64,000 bases of DNA from Ministeria vibrans ATCC 50519 (GCA_943704425.1 CALSCP010002431.1:1-64000), one strand, 5' to 3'; counted from the stretch's first letter, positions 46,015 through 64,000 are shown. Translations and numbers: made by a program. Notes: generated by a model not told the origin, from the letters alone.

Positions 46015-46274
46015 ACTGGAATGCACGAAGTCAAAAGAAATTGTTTATTGTAAATATTGATTATTGATTATTCAATAATATTATTATGGTTATTCTGGAC
46101 CTAAAGAAAGTGTATATAAATCAAATCAATCGATTATCGCGCGACATCAACTCCCTACGAACCATTCAAGCTTTGCTGCTTGCTTGCTGGTTATTTTAAG
46201 TTTTAACAAGCTTGTCAAGACATTTGATCATTTTCATGCACAATATGCCATATTAATACTTTTGTTTATTATTA

Positions 46275-47655
46275 TCAGTTTTCATCTTCAAACAGCACCT
46301 GTACATCTAGCGCATTCTCTGGCCCTACAAGAAGGCCTGCTACCGACTCGCGCACAGCCGCGCACACGAGGCTTCTAAGGTGTGCTGTGTCGCGGAACAG
46401 CTCAACGACAATGCGCGTGCGGTTCTCTTCAGTGCGCCACACTCCCTCGACCTTTCCACGGTACAGCACAGTCGCTTGGATAAATCCTCCTGTCGTCCAC
46501 ACTCGCTTCGATTCCCGCACAAACTCCTCGCCAAACCAGAACGGCTTGTCCGCATACCCCATAAGAAGTGGATCGAATTTGCCCAACAGCCGCACAGGAA
46601 GAGACGCGAGTGCCTCTGCTGCGCACTCGTCACTGCCATACTGTCTCAGCGTATCATCAAGGCCACCGTGGTCCCCGCGTGCCAGACATACCAAAGGATC
46701 TTCTTCTTTTCTCCGTTTCCTACGTCGTTCACGCCCACCACCTTCTTCTTCTTCTTCTTCTTCTTCTTCTTCTCCTTCTTCTTGATCACTCTGCAGCCTC
46801 CTGCGCACTCTCACAAGTGTGCCGCTCTCCAGTCCCTCTGTGATGCACGCGCGCGCAACAAGTACACCAAACCCAGACCAGTAGGCAAAGTCGGCGGCAT
46901 CGGCGGGCCCATGGCCCACCAAATAGCGTTCCAGCAGCACACGCGCACTCTCGTCAAAATCGCCGGGTCTTGCATCAGCATCTTCGGCCCACTGAAAACA
47001 ATTAGCGCTGCCCATCTTGGCGGCACACAGCCACAAGCGTCCCTCGGCAACAAGGGTGTGGACGGCCCCGTCGTAACGCAGTACTTCTTCGTGGTAGACT
47101 CCACCGCGTCGAAACTTGGCGTTGCGGAATTTGAGGGACGCGAGCGCCGTGGTCGAGTGAGGTCCTGGCGCTCGCTCACAATGCCGCTCGATGTCGTCCA
47201 TGGTGCTACGGTACCCGTTGTACGGCACGTCTCGCTTTTGAAGCATTTCGCGAGTGGACCTCTGTAAAGCAGACAGAATAATGCAGACAGAATAATATTA
47301 ATAAGGTTTCGTAAACAATCCACCAATTTTATCGTACGCTTTTTCGAAGAAGCGCCGCGCTCATGAGAGGCCAGACGCCACGCTCAAAAATATGCATCGT
47401 GTGTCGAATGCCCCATGAGCGCACCGCAGACGGGGCGTGCCCTCGCACGTAGTGGATGGGTCCGCCTGCGTCGGCGACCGTCTGCGCATCGACGCGAACG
47501 CGACTCGTTACACTGTACGCCCCCGCGAATTCCTGCTGTGACTGGACCGCGACAAGCGTTCGCAGCACATCGCATACATGCGTATGAGGTGACTCGTAGA
47601 GCCCGCTAGCGTACAGCCGGTGCAGGCGCAATTGCGATTCAGAAATAGTCAGCAT
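46275..47655 (-). CDS. AlkZ-like (HTH_42 / winged-helix) DNA glycosylase, 2 exons
   Basis: VAVQSQ, WGIRHTMH, RYLVGHGPADAADFAYWSG, VRLLGKFDPLLMGY, GKVEGVWR; 76-nt GT-AG intron 47262-47337 joins in frame (RKS|RSTREMLQ). Confidence 0.85.
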
Positions 47656-47894
47656 CGACTTAATAAAAGAGGATGCACACCCCTGGCCAGCAGCAGAGGC
47701 TCTCTTGGCAACAGGCCGACAGTAGTAGATGAGGGAGGGGCTCACAAGAGTGTGAGAAAAAATGGAATGATTTTTTGATATAATATTTTGGTAAATTTGG
47801 CTCTGGTCTGTTTTCACCGGAACGCACAAATCACATCACAATTCACAGCCTAGTTCACACGTTTTGTACTTGACTCTTTGAGATATATATCATC

Positions 47895-50562
47895 ATGTCT
47901 ACTTGTCATACGTATCGCGGCGACGGCGCCCAAGTGTTTGTGGCGCACGCATCGAGTGGCCGACTCGTTGCGTTTGACTCTGCACGAGGCACCGTTCAAC
48001 TCGATCATGTGGACGACAGACACACCGAAGCCGGCGGTATAACCGTGCTGGCCGTGTCGCCTGCGTCACAGGGACCCGTGCGAAAGCGAAAGCGTCGTCG
48101 TAGCGGCGGCGATGGCGACGAAAACGAGGACGACAATGACGAGCAAGGCGGCGAAGCTCGCGTCGCCGTTGGCCTTGCTTCGGGCGCCCTTCTTGTCCTT
48201 TCAGCCAACGATGGCCGTCTCCTGACCACAGTGCCGGCGGGAACGCTGCATTCGGGCGCGATTCGCGCGTGTGTGTGGCAAAATGCCGAAACGCTTTACA
48301 CGGGCGCCGACGATGGCTATGTTTGCCAGGTAAATGCCGTCGCAGGGCGACAGACTGCACGCTGGCTGGCCGACCGACAAGGCGTTGCCGCGTTACACGT
48401 GACACGCAACGAGCGCGTCCTCGTTGTGGCCGGGCGCGCCATCACACTGTGGGACACGAAAACACACGAGAAGCGCGGAAACCTGACGGGACACGATCAG
48501 CAGGTGTTGCGCGTGCTCGAGCCGCGACCCACCGCCACAGCCGGCAAGGGCAGTAAGACACCTAGCAAGGGTGCCGCAGCCGGAGACAGCGATGCTCCTC
48601 TCGTGCTGGTGAGTGGCGCCCGCAACGACCGTTTTCTCTCGGTTTGGCAGTGTGACGCCGACGGCTCCACCAACTCGCCAGCGGCCGTGTGCACTCTCTC
48701 GTGTGGCAACGCCACGCCCGAAGTCCTTGATGCGGTTGTCAACACCGATTCGGGTACTCTCACGGTGGTCATTGCGTCGGCGACTGGCGCTGCTCAAGTG
48801 TTTGACGTAAGTTTTAGCTCTCACATAATAATTTATTATTATTAATAATTATTTATTTTTATTATTGTAAAAATAATATTCATGCCCTCTTGTGTAGGTG
48901 ACTAAAAAGCAAATGGAACGACCGACCGGCAAGCGAGCGAAGAAGAACAAGGAGAGCGGGGAAGAGACGGGACCGGTGAAGGCGCGCACAACGATTGTGG
49001 TGCGGGAGGAGAGCAAAGGTACACAGACAGCAAAGAAGAGCAAGGGGAAGAAGAAGGGAGGACAAAACGGGAACAACATTGCGATTGTGTCGGTACACGT
49101 GGACGGAACGGGCGAGCGGGTGATGCTAGTCCGAGGTTCGTGGCTGCGACCGGGATTTGAGTGGTGGGCACTCGACACGACTGAGCCTATGTGCGTGCTC
49201 GAGCGTGCACAGACTACCAATGTGCTCGGGGACAGCGGAGTCGGTTCAAGCGACGCTGCTGCGCTCTCAGAGCTGCACCAGCTGCCGGCAGGGCGAGGCA
49301 CCGATGACGGGCAGGTGCTGGGACGCACGTCACTGCCACTGGCGGGCGCAGCACCCACAGCCGGCGCAGGTGCAGATGAGCCCACCATGGCCGACCAGCT
49401 GCGTCTGCTCTCCGTCACGGACGGCACAGGCGGACGCGCCAAGCAGACTAACGCAGTCCCAAAGGTACGCATGAGGATCTATAGAGAAGAGACATACGTG
49501 TGATGCTAAATGATTCTCGCTAGGCGCAATCACTGGCTGCGATGCTGGTGCAAGCACTGCACTCGGAAGATGCACATCTGCTCGAGGACTGTCTCAACAC
49601 GACCAACAGTGCGACTGTGACTGCCACAGTGCGCCGTCTTCCCTCCGCGTACGTCGTGCCGCTCTTGGCGCGCATTGTGGAGCGCTTCCAGGCCAAGCCC
49701 AGTCGTGGGGCTATGCTGGGCGTGTGGATCCGCACACTTCTGGTCGTCCACACTGCCTACATCATGTCGGTACGTATTTATGCCTGTGCCTGCGTTTCGT
49801 CTTCTCTCGCTCGCTTTCTCGCTTTCTTTGTTTGTGATGCTATTGCTTACTGTCATTCTCTCTATCACTTTGTTTCTTTCTCTCCTCTCTCTCTCTCTTT
49901 CAAACACTCACTCTCTCTTGCTCTTTTGCGCATGTGTATGTTTAGAGTGGCGATACTCTTGCGAGTCTGTCGACTCTGTATCAGTTGTTGGACGAGCGAT
50001 TGAGCGTTTTTAAGAAGTTGATGAAACTGTCGGGACGCATGGACTTGATTTTGTCACAGGTAAGCAGGAGAAAGAAGAGTCGTTCGTATCCGTATTGGTC
50101 TCTAATGCATAAGTATCACTTTATTTCTCTCTCTCTCTCTCTATCACTTTGGTTCTTTCTCCCTCTCTCTATCACTTTGGTTCTTTCTCCTCTCTCTATC
50201 ACTTTGGTTCTTTCTCCTCTCTCTATCACTTTGTTTCTTTCTCCTCTCTCTCTCCCCTCTGGTGTTAGATTGCGTCGCGCGCACACGACGAAGATGAGGA
50301 GGACGATGGAGATCTGAGAAACGCCGCCACTGTGTATGAGGAGGACGATACGGATGAGGAGGATGACGATGAGGAGGACGACGAGGACGAGGATGATGAT
50401 AGTGATGAGGAGATGTTGACCGAGTCAAAGGGTGACGATGAGGAGGGCGAGAGTGATGAGGATGATGAGAGTGACGAGGAAGCGGGAGAGGAGGACGAAG
50501 AGGACGAGGAGGAGGAGGAGGATGAAGACGACGACGACGACGAGTCTGACGACGACGAATGA
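47895..50562 (+). CDS. WDR43: WDR43/UTP5 SSU processome factor
   Basis: WD40 repeats, NLTGH, NDRFLSVW, Utp12-type domain LVQALHSED..LLE.CL...WIRTLL..H..Y, KLMKLSGRMDL, acidic tail. Confidence 0.88.
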
Positions 50563-50819
50563 GCGTATTTTGACTGACTGATGTAATACAACACCTTAAA
50601 ACGTTGAATCAACAATACGAATCAATATGATTTTGCATGATGAATTGATGGTATTGACTATTGAGGGGTTCTCAAGAGAGCCACATAAGCGCTGTCGCCG
50701 AATGTTTTTGTTGTCGCTTTTTGATAAAATGAATTATTATAATAATAATCATCAGCTTCCGAATTTCATTTTTATTCAAAATAATTTAAAAAAAAACAAA
50801 ATAAAATAAAAAGGGCGTG

Positions 50820-54188
<3,369 letters not shown>

Positions 54189-54342
54189 TCAATGAATGAT
54201 CAATATTTTTTACCTATTAATTTTATTTTCTTATTTCGGAATTTCCCATTTCAATTTTCATAAATTTCAATTTTCTTTTAGTTCTTCTTTTATTTTGTCT
54301 TCTGACTATTGGGCTGGAGAGTGCGAGCGCAGGGCCAGCGAA

Positions 54343-56000
<1,658 letters not shown>

Positions 56001-56228
56001 TTTGACCACCCTGTGCTCTTCATGAGTCTCATCCTTGTGTATGCCCCTCTCTCTCTCTCCCTCTGTGTATTTTGTACTAAGATATGGCGCCTTGCGTCTT
56101 TTCCGATTCGTTCATTGGAAATAGAAATTTTTCCTCCCATTCGTAATCGAAATGACCAATCTCAAATTCTCAATCAAATAACATTATTATTTTAACTCTT
56201 ATTCTTCTTCTTGTTCGTCTTGGTTACC

Positions 56229-57590
56229 ATGTCGGTCGAAGACCAGATGGCTGCCGCCACGCACCTGTCCAGCTTCTTGGACGAAATCAAAAAGGTTGAA
56301 GTGCGCGATTCGCAATGGACGTCCGAAATCCAGATTGCGCGACTCTTCCGCCCAGGTGCGACCGCCCCACTCTCGCGTGCACCCTCGCGTGCAGCGCCCT
56401 GCTGAAATCGTCTCCCGCCTTTCTCCGTAGGACACAAATACTTCAATTTGAATCCGTTTGAAGTTCTCCAGATCTCTCCCGACGCCTCTCCCGAAGACGC
56501 AAAGAAACAGTACCGCAAGGTAGGCCGCCCAACACGCCCTCCACATCCCCATCCGCCCCTTGCCCTGGCTTGCACTCTCCTTTACTTCCCACAACAGTCG
56601 TTTTTTAAACCAGTTGTAGAAAAGAAGAAGAAACAACGGAAGAAAAAGCGTTTTTTTTTTTTTTTTTTTTACTATCTCTTTTCTTTCTTATCCCTAATAA
56701 TATTATGTCTGTCTGTGTGTTAGTTGTCCATTTTGGTTCATCCCGACAAGAACCGCGACAACCCCAAGGCGCAGGATGCGTTTGCGGTGGTCAACGAAGC
56801 GTACAAGGCACTGACAGACGAGGAGAAACGTAAGACGCTGATGAACATTGTGTCTGAGGCGCGACTGCGCGTTGACGATGACCTCAAGGCGAAGCGCAAG
56901 GCAGCCAAGCGCGACACAGGCAAGACCGAAGTCATTCTCGAGGAAGACGACCCCGCCTGCTACACCCGCGTTCTCAACGCAATGACCTGCCGTCTCTTTG
57001 CCGAAATCGATCAAAAGGTACACAAATTCATATTGTTTTGAAACGACATAAGAGATATGTGTTTTATTTTGTAACCCATTTAATGTTATTAATTATCAGA
57101 AACAAAATGCAATGCGAAAAGATCAAGCGGAGCGTAAAAGACAACGTGAAATGGAAATCGAAGCAGAAGAAGGCGCAAAACGAAGAGCAGAAGAAAAGAA
57201 AGCGTAAATTAAACCTATCTCACTGTTCTCTCTCTGTCTTCTCTCACTCTCTCCTTCTTTATTGCCTTTCTTTCTTTCTTTTCTCTCTTTTCATATCACT
57301 TTGCTACCTTTTCCCTCCTCTCTCTCTCCCCTTCTCTCTCTTTATCTATGTGTGTTCATTTAGTTGGGAGGAAACTCGAGACAAACGAGTGGATTCGTGG
57401 CGATCGTTCCAGAGTGACGACGGAAAGAAGAAGAAGAAAAAGAGCACTTTTAAGGTACGCCTTTTTACACTACACTGTGTCGATCGATATATATATCATT
57501 GATTTCTTTCTCTCCTGTTCGTTTCTCTTTCTGTGTGTGTTTTAGCTGGGGACATTTAAACCGCCTAAACTCAAAGTAGACCAAAAGTGA
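56229..57590 (+). CDS. DNAJC8: DNAJC8/Spf31 J-domain protein
   Basis: FLDEIK..E.RD, QIARLFRPG.KYFNLNPFEVLQ, SILVHPDKN, WEETRDKRVDSWRSF, FKPPKLK. Confidence 0.93.
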
Positions 57591-57634
57591 GAGAAGTAAC
57601 CCTCAACTACCTGTTAATATGAAAACAAAAGAGA

Positions 57635-57667
<33 letters not shown>

Positions 57668-57753
57668 CATAATTATCATAATAATATTATTATCAACGTG
57701 ATGTTATATTATTTTATTTTTATACAAAAGAGAAAGCAAATGAGAGAGAAAAA

Positions 57754-58815
57754 CTAAAAGAGAAAGACCTCTGAATGAAAGTCAAAGCCGAAGCGGAAGG
57801 CACTGTCGCTGACGGCGGAGACAAGACCGGGAGGGCCGCAGACCATGGCCATGGTGTCGCGGGTGTCGTCGGCGTACGCGTACTGCGCCTGCTGGAACAG
57901 GATAGACATGTCGGGCCGGTGGCGGTTGACACGCGCCAGCCAGTGCGCCCCCAGCTCGGGAGGGACGTCGCTAAACGTTGCACGGTCGACGGCGCTGCCC
58001 CCCATGGATGCTGCTTCAATCTCGCCGTGCGTGGCGTACAGGCTGATGGTGAACCGGATGGGGGCACCCGCCGTCTCGTTGAGATCAACGGCACGTTGGA
58101 AGGTCGGCGCAAACATACTCAGAATGTTCTCGTCACGAGCACACCAGATTACATGCACATGTTCAATCTGGTTCACGTGCGACGACCGCTCCTGCACCAC
58201 AGACTCCTCGTCAAGCATAATCTGCGAGCGGTCAATGAGATCCGCCAGAATAGAGTGCAGCGGCGTCATGCCAATGCCACCACCAATCAGCAGCAACTGC
58301 CGGTGGTGCGAGTAGTACGTCGACCGCCCATACGGTCCGTCCAGCGCAATCACAGGCAAATCATCCGCTTCCGACAAGGGCTCCGACGCCCCCACTCCAC
58401 AGCACATTCCTTTGCCCGCCCCCACCGTTGCCACCTCGTCCGACATGGCCACTCCATCAATGCGCTCTTCACTCAGCCCTTGCTCGCGTCGCTGTTGCTG
58501 CCGAACAATCTTCTCCTTCAGTCGAGGTGCGCTCCCTTCCGTTGCCCCATCAATACTCTCGGCCTTGCGCGAATACTCATCGAGGTCCGCAGTGCTTGAG
58601 CGCGACCGCGCGCCAATCGGCGGCCCAATCTCTTCGGCCCATTGAATCATCTTGTCCGTAAATGTGTAGCGGCCCATTGTCTTCACATAGAGCAAACGGG
58701 TCTTGGCACCCGGTGACGACGAAATGGTAAACGGATGCCACTCGGTCCAACTGATTCCGGGAATCTGAGAAAAAGTATTCAAATAAACAACAACAATAAT
58801 AATAATAAAAATAAA

Positions 58816-58899
<84 letters not shown>

Positions 58900-58937
58900 T
58901 ATTATTATTATTCATTATTATTATTATTAATAACGTC

Positions 58938-58970
<33 letters not shown>

Positions 58971-61771
58971 GCTGTTATTAATAAAATCATACCTGAAGGA
59001 AGACGTATTCGCCGGGATAGTGATGTTCACAGGCAGAGCGAGAAAATTCAATGCGAGTGATGCCATGAAAGGACTCCACCGACAAGCACCGGTACACATT
59101 GGCTGAGGACAGGCGCAACCGATGTACTCGGTCGAACAGCCACAAAAGCAAACCTAATGCACTCAGTTACACACACATATATAATTATAATACGTCACAA
59201 ATGCTCCGTACCTCCAATGGCATAGAACCAGAGAGTCCAGGCGTGAAGAAGCGCGACGATGAAGAAGAAGATGGCGGCCAACTGATGCGAGTGGTAGAAA
59301 AGCTCATAGTGACTGCGGCGGAAGAAGACGGCAATAATAATGGCAAGAGTGAGCAGCAACCAGCCCATTTGCGCAAAAAGGAGTGTAAAGTTGTCAAAGT
59401 GGATCACTTGAGGATCAATCTGCCACGAAAACGAAACAAGCACAACAGTTTGTTAGGAGATTTCGCTTTCACTTTTTGTGCATGCATACTCTGAGATAGG
59501 CAATGGAAATGACGTTTTCCCACAGAGTGTGCTCCAGAGCCCACTTTAGCCACCAGAGGCAGGCGTGAATGGTGACAAATAGCCAACCGAAAAAGCCAAG
59601 GACACGGTGGTAGCGTAGGGCACGCTCGAAGGGAATGCCAAAGACACTTTCCCACAGTGAATTGTGCGCAATGGGAAACAGCATAAAGGATAGACTCAGA
59701 TTGGCCATGTGCGCACACACACGCGCCCAGATTTGCAGCTGAGGATGCTGGGCAAGCGGACCGGGCGCATACGCTTCAACCACAATCCGCTTGTAGTCCC
59801 ATCGCCAGTAGTACAGCCTGTAAAAGAGATAGAGAAAAAAGATCAGCCCATTCGCTGCATTCTTCGCGTGTGGCGGTGCTGCTGCTGTCTTACCAGAATC
59901 CATAAAGGCACAACACGGCAATGAGTACAATAAGCTCACCCACCGAAATACCATGACGAAAGGGCACAAGGATGCTCCGCAGTTTGCGCCAGTTCTCGCC
60001 CGACGAGCAGCCATCAGGACGGGGCGTGGCATTGGCAAAGGTCTGTGCATTGTACTCACTCCCAGTCTTATTGGCGACCGACGACGATGAGCCGCCCGAG
60101 CGCCGTGACGACTGCTGCTCCTGCTGTTCCCGTGAGCGCGAGTCGAGCTTCTCCCGTGTCGCAGTGGTGCGCTCGGCGCTTTTGACCCACGAGTAAGGGA
60201 CAACGCGCAAGCGCAAGGACAGCATGCGACGCAGATGCACATTGAAGTGCCCCACTGCCCCAAGCACAATCAGGAAGAGAATGAAGAGGAAATACACAAC
60301 CACATCGAGATAAAGCTACAAAAGTTTACAAGACAAAATGAGCACACGTAGGAATAACGTGCATTTTCGTTGCTCTATGCGTCTGGTACCTTAAAGTTAA
60401 AGTGACCCGTGACAGAAATGTTAGCCAATGAGTAAGGAGACTGAAAAGGGAAGTAGGAGTTTGCGCTGTAGTTCCAGACGGGCGAGAGGGAACAGGCGAG
60501 AATAAAGACGGCGACGAAGAGGAGAACAAGCAGGAAGATGCGCGTCATGTTGAGAGCAAATCGGATAGGCTCAATGTCGACAGTGACACCACGACTGTGG
60601 AGAATGGCCGCGGCGGCAGGGACCGCAGCAGCGGCGTCCGTCATGCTTGGGTCCACTTCGCCGTTGATGTTTTTCGCATTGTTCTCGCCCAGGTGACCTC
60701 CATTGGATCGATTGAGGGCGTCGTCGAGCAGCGGCGTAGAGGCGTCTTCCATCCAGCTGGCGGTGACAACGGCGTCGACCGACACCTCACGACTGGAACG
60801 CGCTGCTTTTTCACGGCGAGCGCGGCGCTTGAATTTCACAATCTCCGCCTGCTCCTTTGTCTCCTGTGAACGTCGGTACAGCGTATACGCATGCCAGTAG
60901 GCACACACAGCCAAGGGAGTGCTTAGGGTGAACACCATGCCCTATATGCGGCGAAAGAGTACGAGAGAGGGGAGAAAGAAACAAAGTGATAGAGAGAAAG
61001 ACACAAAGTGATAGAGAGAGAGAAAAACAAAGTGATAGAGAGAGAAACAAAGTGATAGAGAGAGAGAAACAAAGTGATAGAGAGAGAAACAAAGTAATAG
61101 AGAGAGAAACAAAGTGATAGAGAGAGAAACAAAGTGATAGAAGAGAAGTAAGGAGAGGGACATTGATTTAGATAGCAAAGGAGAGTGTCACGTACACCAA
61201 GAAGTTGTTGCAGAGGGTCTGAGTCGTCGGGCGCAGTGCCGAGACTAAAGGTTGCTTGTGGCTTGCAAAGGAAGGCCATGGCCCAGGCGGCCAAGCCCGT
61301 CATGTACGCGGCGAGGAGCAGCGAGGCGCCGTGGAAGCGCCAGCGGGAGGCGAGCAGCAGACACTGGCCAAAGGCGAAGGGCAGCGCCATGCCGGCCACG
61401 ATCACAATGTAGATGCCGACAATGTCCTTGGGTGCCAGGCAGCCCGTGTATCCTTGTGCGGCCGCAAAGGGATTTGAGCTGGAACGGGAAAAGTGCATGA
61501 TCGGTTAGAGTTGGATGACACCAGAAAAAAGAGCACAGACGAAGCGACAACAGCCGGAGAGGGGGGCGGAGGAGGTGTCGCTGGCAGAGGGCCCCGGACG
61601 AGGCGGGGGAGGGCGGGGAGGGGCGGGGCAGAGGCCGTACCAGGGTTCGGAGAAGTCTTTGCCCACAATCAGCGTCATGCACACCACAATGGCCACCGTC
61701 GAGGACACGAGGCCGCCCAGGCCCATGGCAGTGAACTGCCACAGGTTGGGCGTATCCACGTACATGCGCAT
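57754..61771 (-). CDS. Ferric reductase (FRE/FRO, NOX superfamily) with an additional N-terminal multi-TM region
   Basis: Heme His pairs YHRVLG...IH and FYHSH...LLH; PGEY, EWHPFTISS (FAD), DGPYG, IGGGIGMTP, VCGP, FHSEVFLF (NADPH). Confidence 0.88.
58785..58970. repeat. (AAT)n followed by (ATT)n intronic microsatellite
   Basis: Direct inspection. Confidence 0.9.
60975..61140. repeat. Tandem array of about 20-bp GAGAAACAAAGTGATAGA units
   Basis: About 8 copies in a ferric reductase intron. Confidence 0.9.
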
Positions 61772-62001
61772 CGAGAAAACTGTTGACTTAAAGTAAAATC
61801 GCAAAAGGTCACAGAACAGTTTTCAAAAGGTAGAAAGAATTTAGATGTAGATATAAATTTATTTTACTTTCCTGCTGGTAAAATAAAAAATTATTATCTT
61901 TCACTTTATAACAGTCGGAATCGTTATTCGTTAAACTCGTAGTTGGATGGCGAGTGAGATGGTGTAAAAAGTGGAAAATTAGAAGTTTTGTACAAAACAA
62001 C

Positions 62002-63639
62002 TCAAAAGCTGAGATCGCTTTTCTTGTCCGCGTCAGGCGCAGTGAGATCGCTTTTCTTTTCAGCGTCAAATGGGGTGAGACCGTGTTTGGGCATGTACTC
62101 ACGAGTGCGTCGCTGAAAGAGCGGCTGGGATTCAGCACGGTACTTGCGGTGAATTTCGATGCGACGGAGACGCAGGAGACCGGTGCCAGTGTAGCGTGTG
62201 CCAAGGGCCAAGTGGATGGCCGACATTGCAATCTTGTAATCATCGCGGGAGGGCATTTCGATGGAGAGGACGTTGCACAATCGCTCGACAGTGGTGTGCG
62301 TGAGAATCATAGAAGATGGCTAGATGAAAGGGAAAGTAGCGAAGAGTCAGTCTGCTGAAGAAAGCCTGTTGATCATAGTGTTGTTGTTGTGTGCATACGA
62401 AAATGTTGACCATGGAGAGAATGTGGTCGGTGGTGGCCTGACCGTCAAGCGCGCACATCAGCGTACTCTCCAGGACGTCGGAGGGGAAGGCTAGGCCCTC
62501 GCGGCTGAAAAGCGAGAGAACGCCAATGACAAAGGCAGGCCGGGACGACGTAAAAAGCTCGCTGAAGAGCGGTGCGGCTGTGTCAACGCGCGTGATCTGC
62601 TGCCCAAAGCGACGCCCCAGCTCCATTTCTTCCTCGTCCGTCCACTTGCTTGCCTTCTCACGCATTTCCTCCTTGTAGTTGGCCAAGAGCATGCTGAAAA
62701 GAGGGTTCATGCGGAGATCCAGCGTGCCGTTCTCGGGCAGCAGATGAACGTGCAGTTGCAAGAGCACCTCCAGCCCATGCAGCATTTTGGACGACTGGGC
62801 CTATAAAACAGTGTGAGTATGAGTGCCCCTGTTTGGCTTATTGACTGTATGTGGGACCTCTTGCACAAGGCTCATCAGACGGCCAACAAGAATGGGCGAG
62901 TAGAGGGGCAGTGGCACTTCAGAGTGCTCAAGAAAGTGAATAAAGTGCTCGTCGAACTGGAATGGAGGGGCAGTCAAGTACACCTGAGGACACAAGAAAA
63001 AAACACACAGTCAGTGGCCTTTCCCCTCGCTACTTTGCTGTTTCCTTCTTGTCTCTCTCTAACACAATGTTCTTTTTCCCTCCTCCTCCTCCCTCTTTAT
63101 CACTTTGTTGTTTCTTTTTATCACTCGGTTCTTTCTCCCTCCTCCTCCTCCCTCTCTATCACTTTTGTTGTTTCCTTCTTGTCCCTCTCTAACACAATGT
63201 TTCTCTCTCTCTCTCTGTATCACTTTGTACTTTCTCCTCTCTCTCTCCCTCTCTGTGTCACTTTGTTCTTCCCCCCCCTTTGACAACACCGAGGAGTACA
63301 CGCGCCTCAATGCGTTCATCANNNNNNNNNNNNNNNNNNNNNNNNNNNNNNNNNNNNNNNNNNNNNNNNNNNNNNNNNNNNNNNNNNNNNNNNNNNNNNN
63401 NNNNNNNNNNNNNNNNNNNNNNNNNNNNNNNNNNNNNNNNNNNNNNNNNNNNNNNNNNNNNNNNNNNNNNNNNNNNNNNNNNNNNNNNNNNNNNNNNNNN
63501 NNNNNNNNNNNNNNNNNNNNNNNNNNNNNNNNNNNNNNNNNNNNNNNNNNNNNNNNNNNNNNNNNNNNNNNNNNNNNNNNNNNNNNNNNNNNNNNNNNNN
63601 NNNNNNNNNNNNNNNNNNNNNNNNNNNNNNNNNNNNNNN

Positions 63640-63720
<81 letters not shown>

Positions 63721-64000
63721 CTTTGTTTCTTTCTCCCTCCTATTCGTACGGGTTGCTCTTGTTGCGACAGCAATCGGTTGACTGCATGTCCATTTGGACG
63801 GTGCGGAAGCACATCTCACGGGCATTGGTGAGATGAATTTTGGCAGTGGGGGGGAATGAAGGGCCGAGGGGATCAACGCAGAGGCAGATGTTGAGAGCGC
63901 TGGCGAGGAGACGGCGGGCGACGGCGCCTGAGCCACGGTGAAAAAACCCCAGGGTGCGAACAATGTTGTCCCAGGATTGGTTGGGGGCAGTCAGGACTTG
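62002..64000 (-). CDS. Unknown protein, 3' exons only (5' part outside window; spans a gap)
   Basis: Coding-like exons joined by GT-AG introns, e.g. VNIF|PSSMILTH; ends ...AEKKSDLTAPDADKKSDLSF*. Confidence 0.6.

Noticed and set aside
60975-61140. CRISPR-like regular repeats
   Set aside because: Spacers are only short AG runs, the array is intronic in a eukaryotic gene, and there are no cas genes

Overview
Gene-dense, intron-rich eukaryotic nuclear DNA with assembly gaps. Every intron I could reconstruct by hand is GT-AG and the standard code reads cleanly. The gene set (MYCBPAP, TRPA channel, RING1-type PRC1 ligase, NAGPA, SPRING1, GGA, MROH1, receptor TKL kinase) suggests a flagellated unicellular holozoan such as a choanoflagellate; this is inference only. 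About 23 genes or gene fragments are visible: RRM2 3' end, SPRING1/C12orf49, class I Fe-S fumarate hydratase, gamma-glutamyl hydrolase, a receptor TKL kinase, MYCBPAP, CASP/CUX1 golgin, two small orphan ORFs, a GOST-like 7TM protein, NAGPA, TRPA, RING1/RNF2, CDC45, a secreted EGF/FG-GAP protein, MROH1, an AlkZ-like DNA glycosylase, WDR43, GGA, POLR3H, DNAJC8, a ferric reductase with extra TM segments, and two partial unknown genes. Most notable: (1) a bacterial-type AlkZ/HTH_42 crosslink-repair glycosylase that has an intron and an NLS-like insert; (2) a small intronless bactofilin-like ORF; (3) a cubilin-N-like + EGF + 12x FG-GAP secreted protein; (4) a recurrent intronic TATCACTTTGTTTCT repeat; (5) a concentration of Golgi/mannose-6-phosphate/lysosome genes; (6) a probable assembly chimera at the CT tract near 6.6 kb. 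All family assignments come from motif recognition by eye, not database searches.
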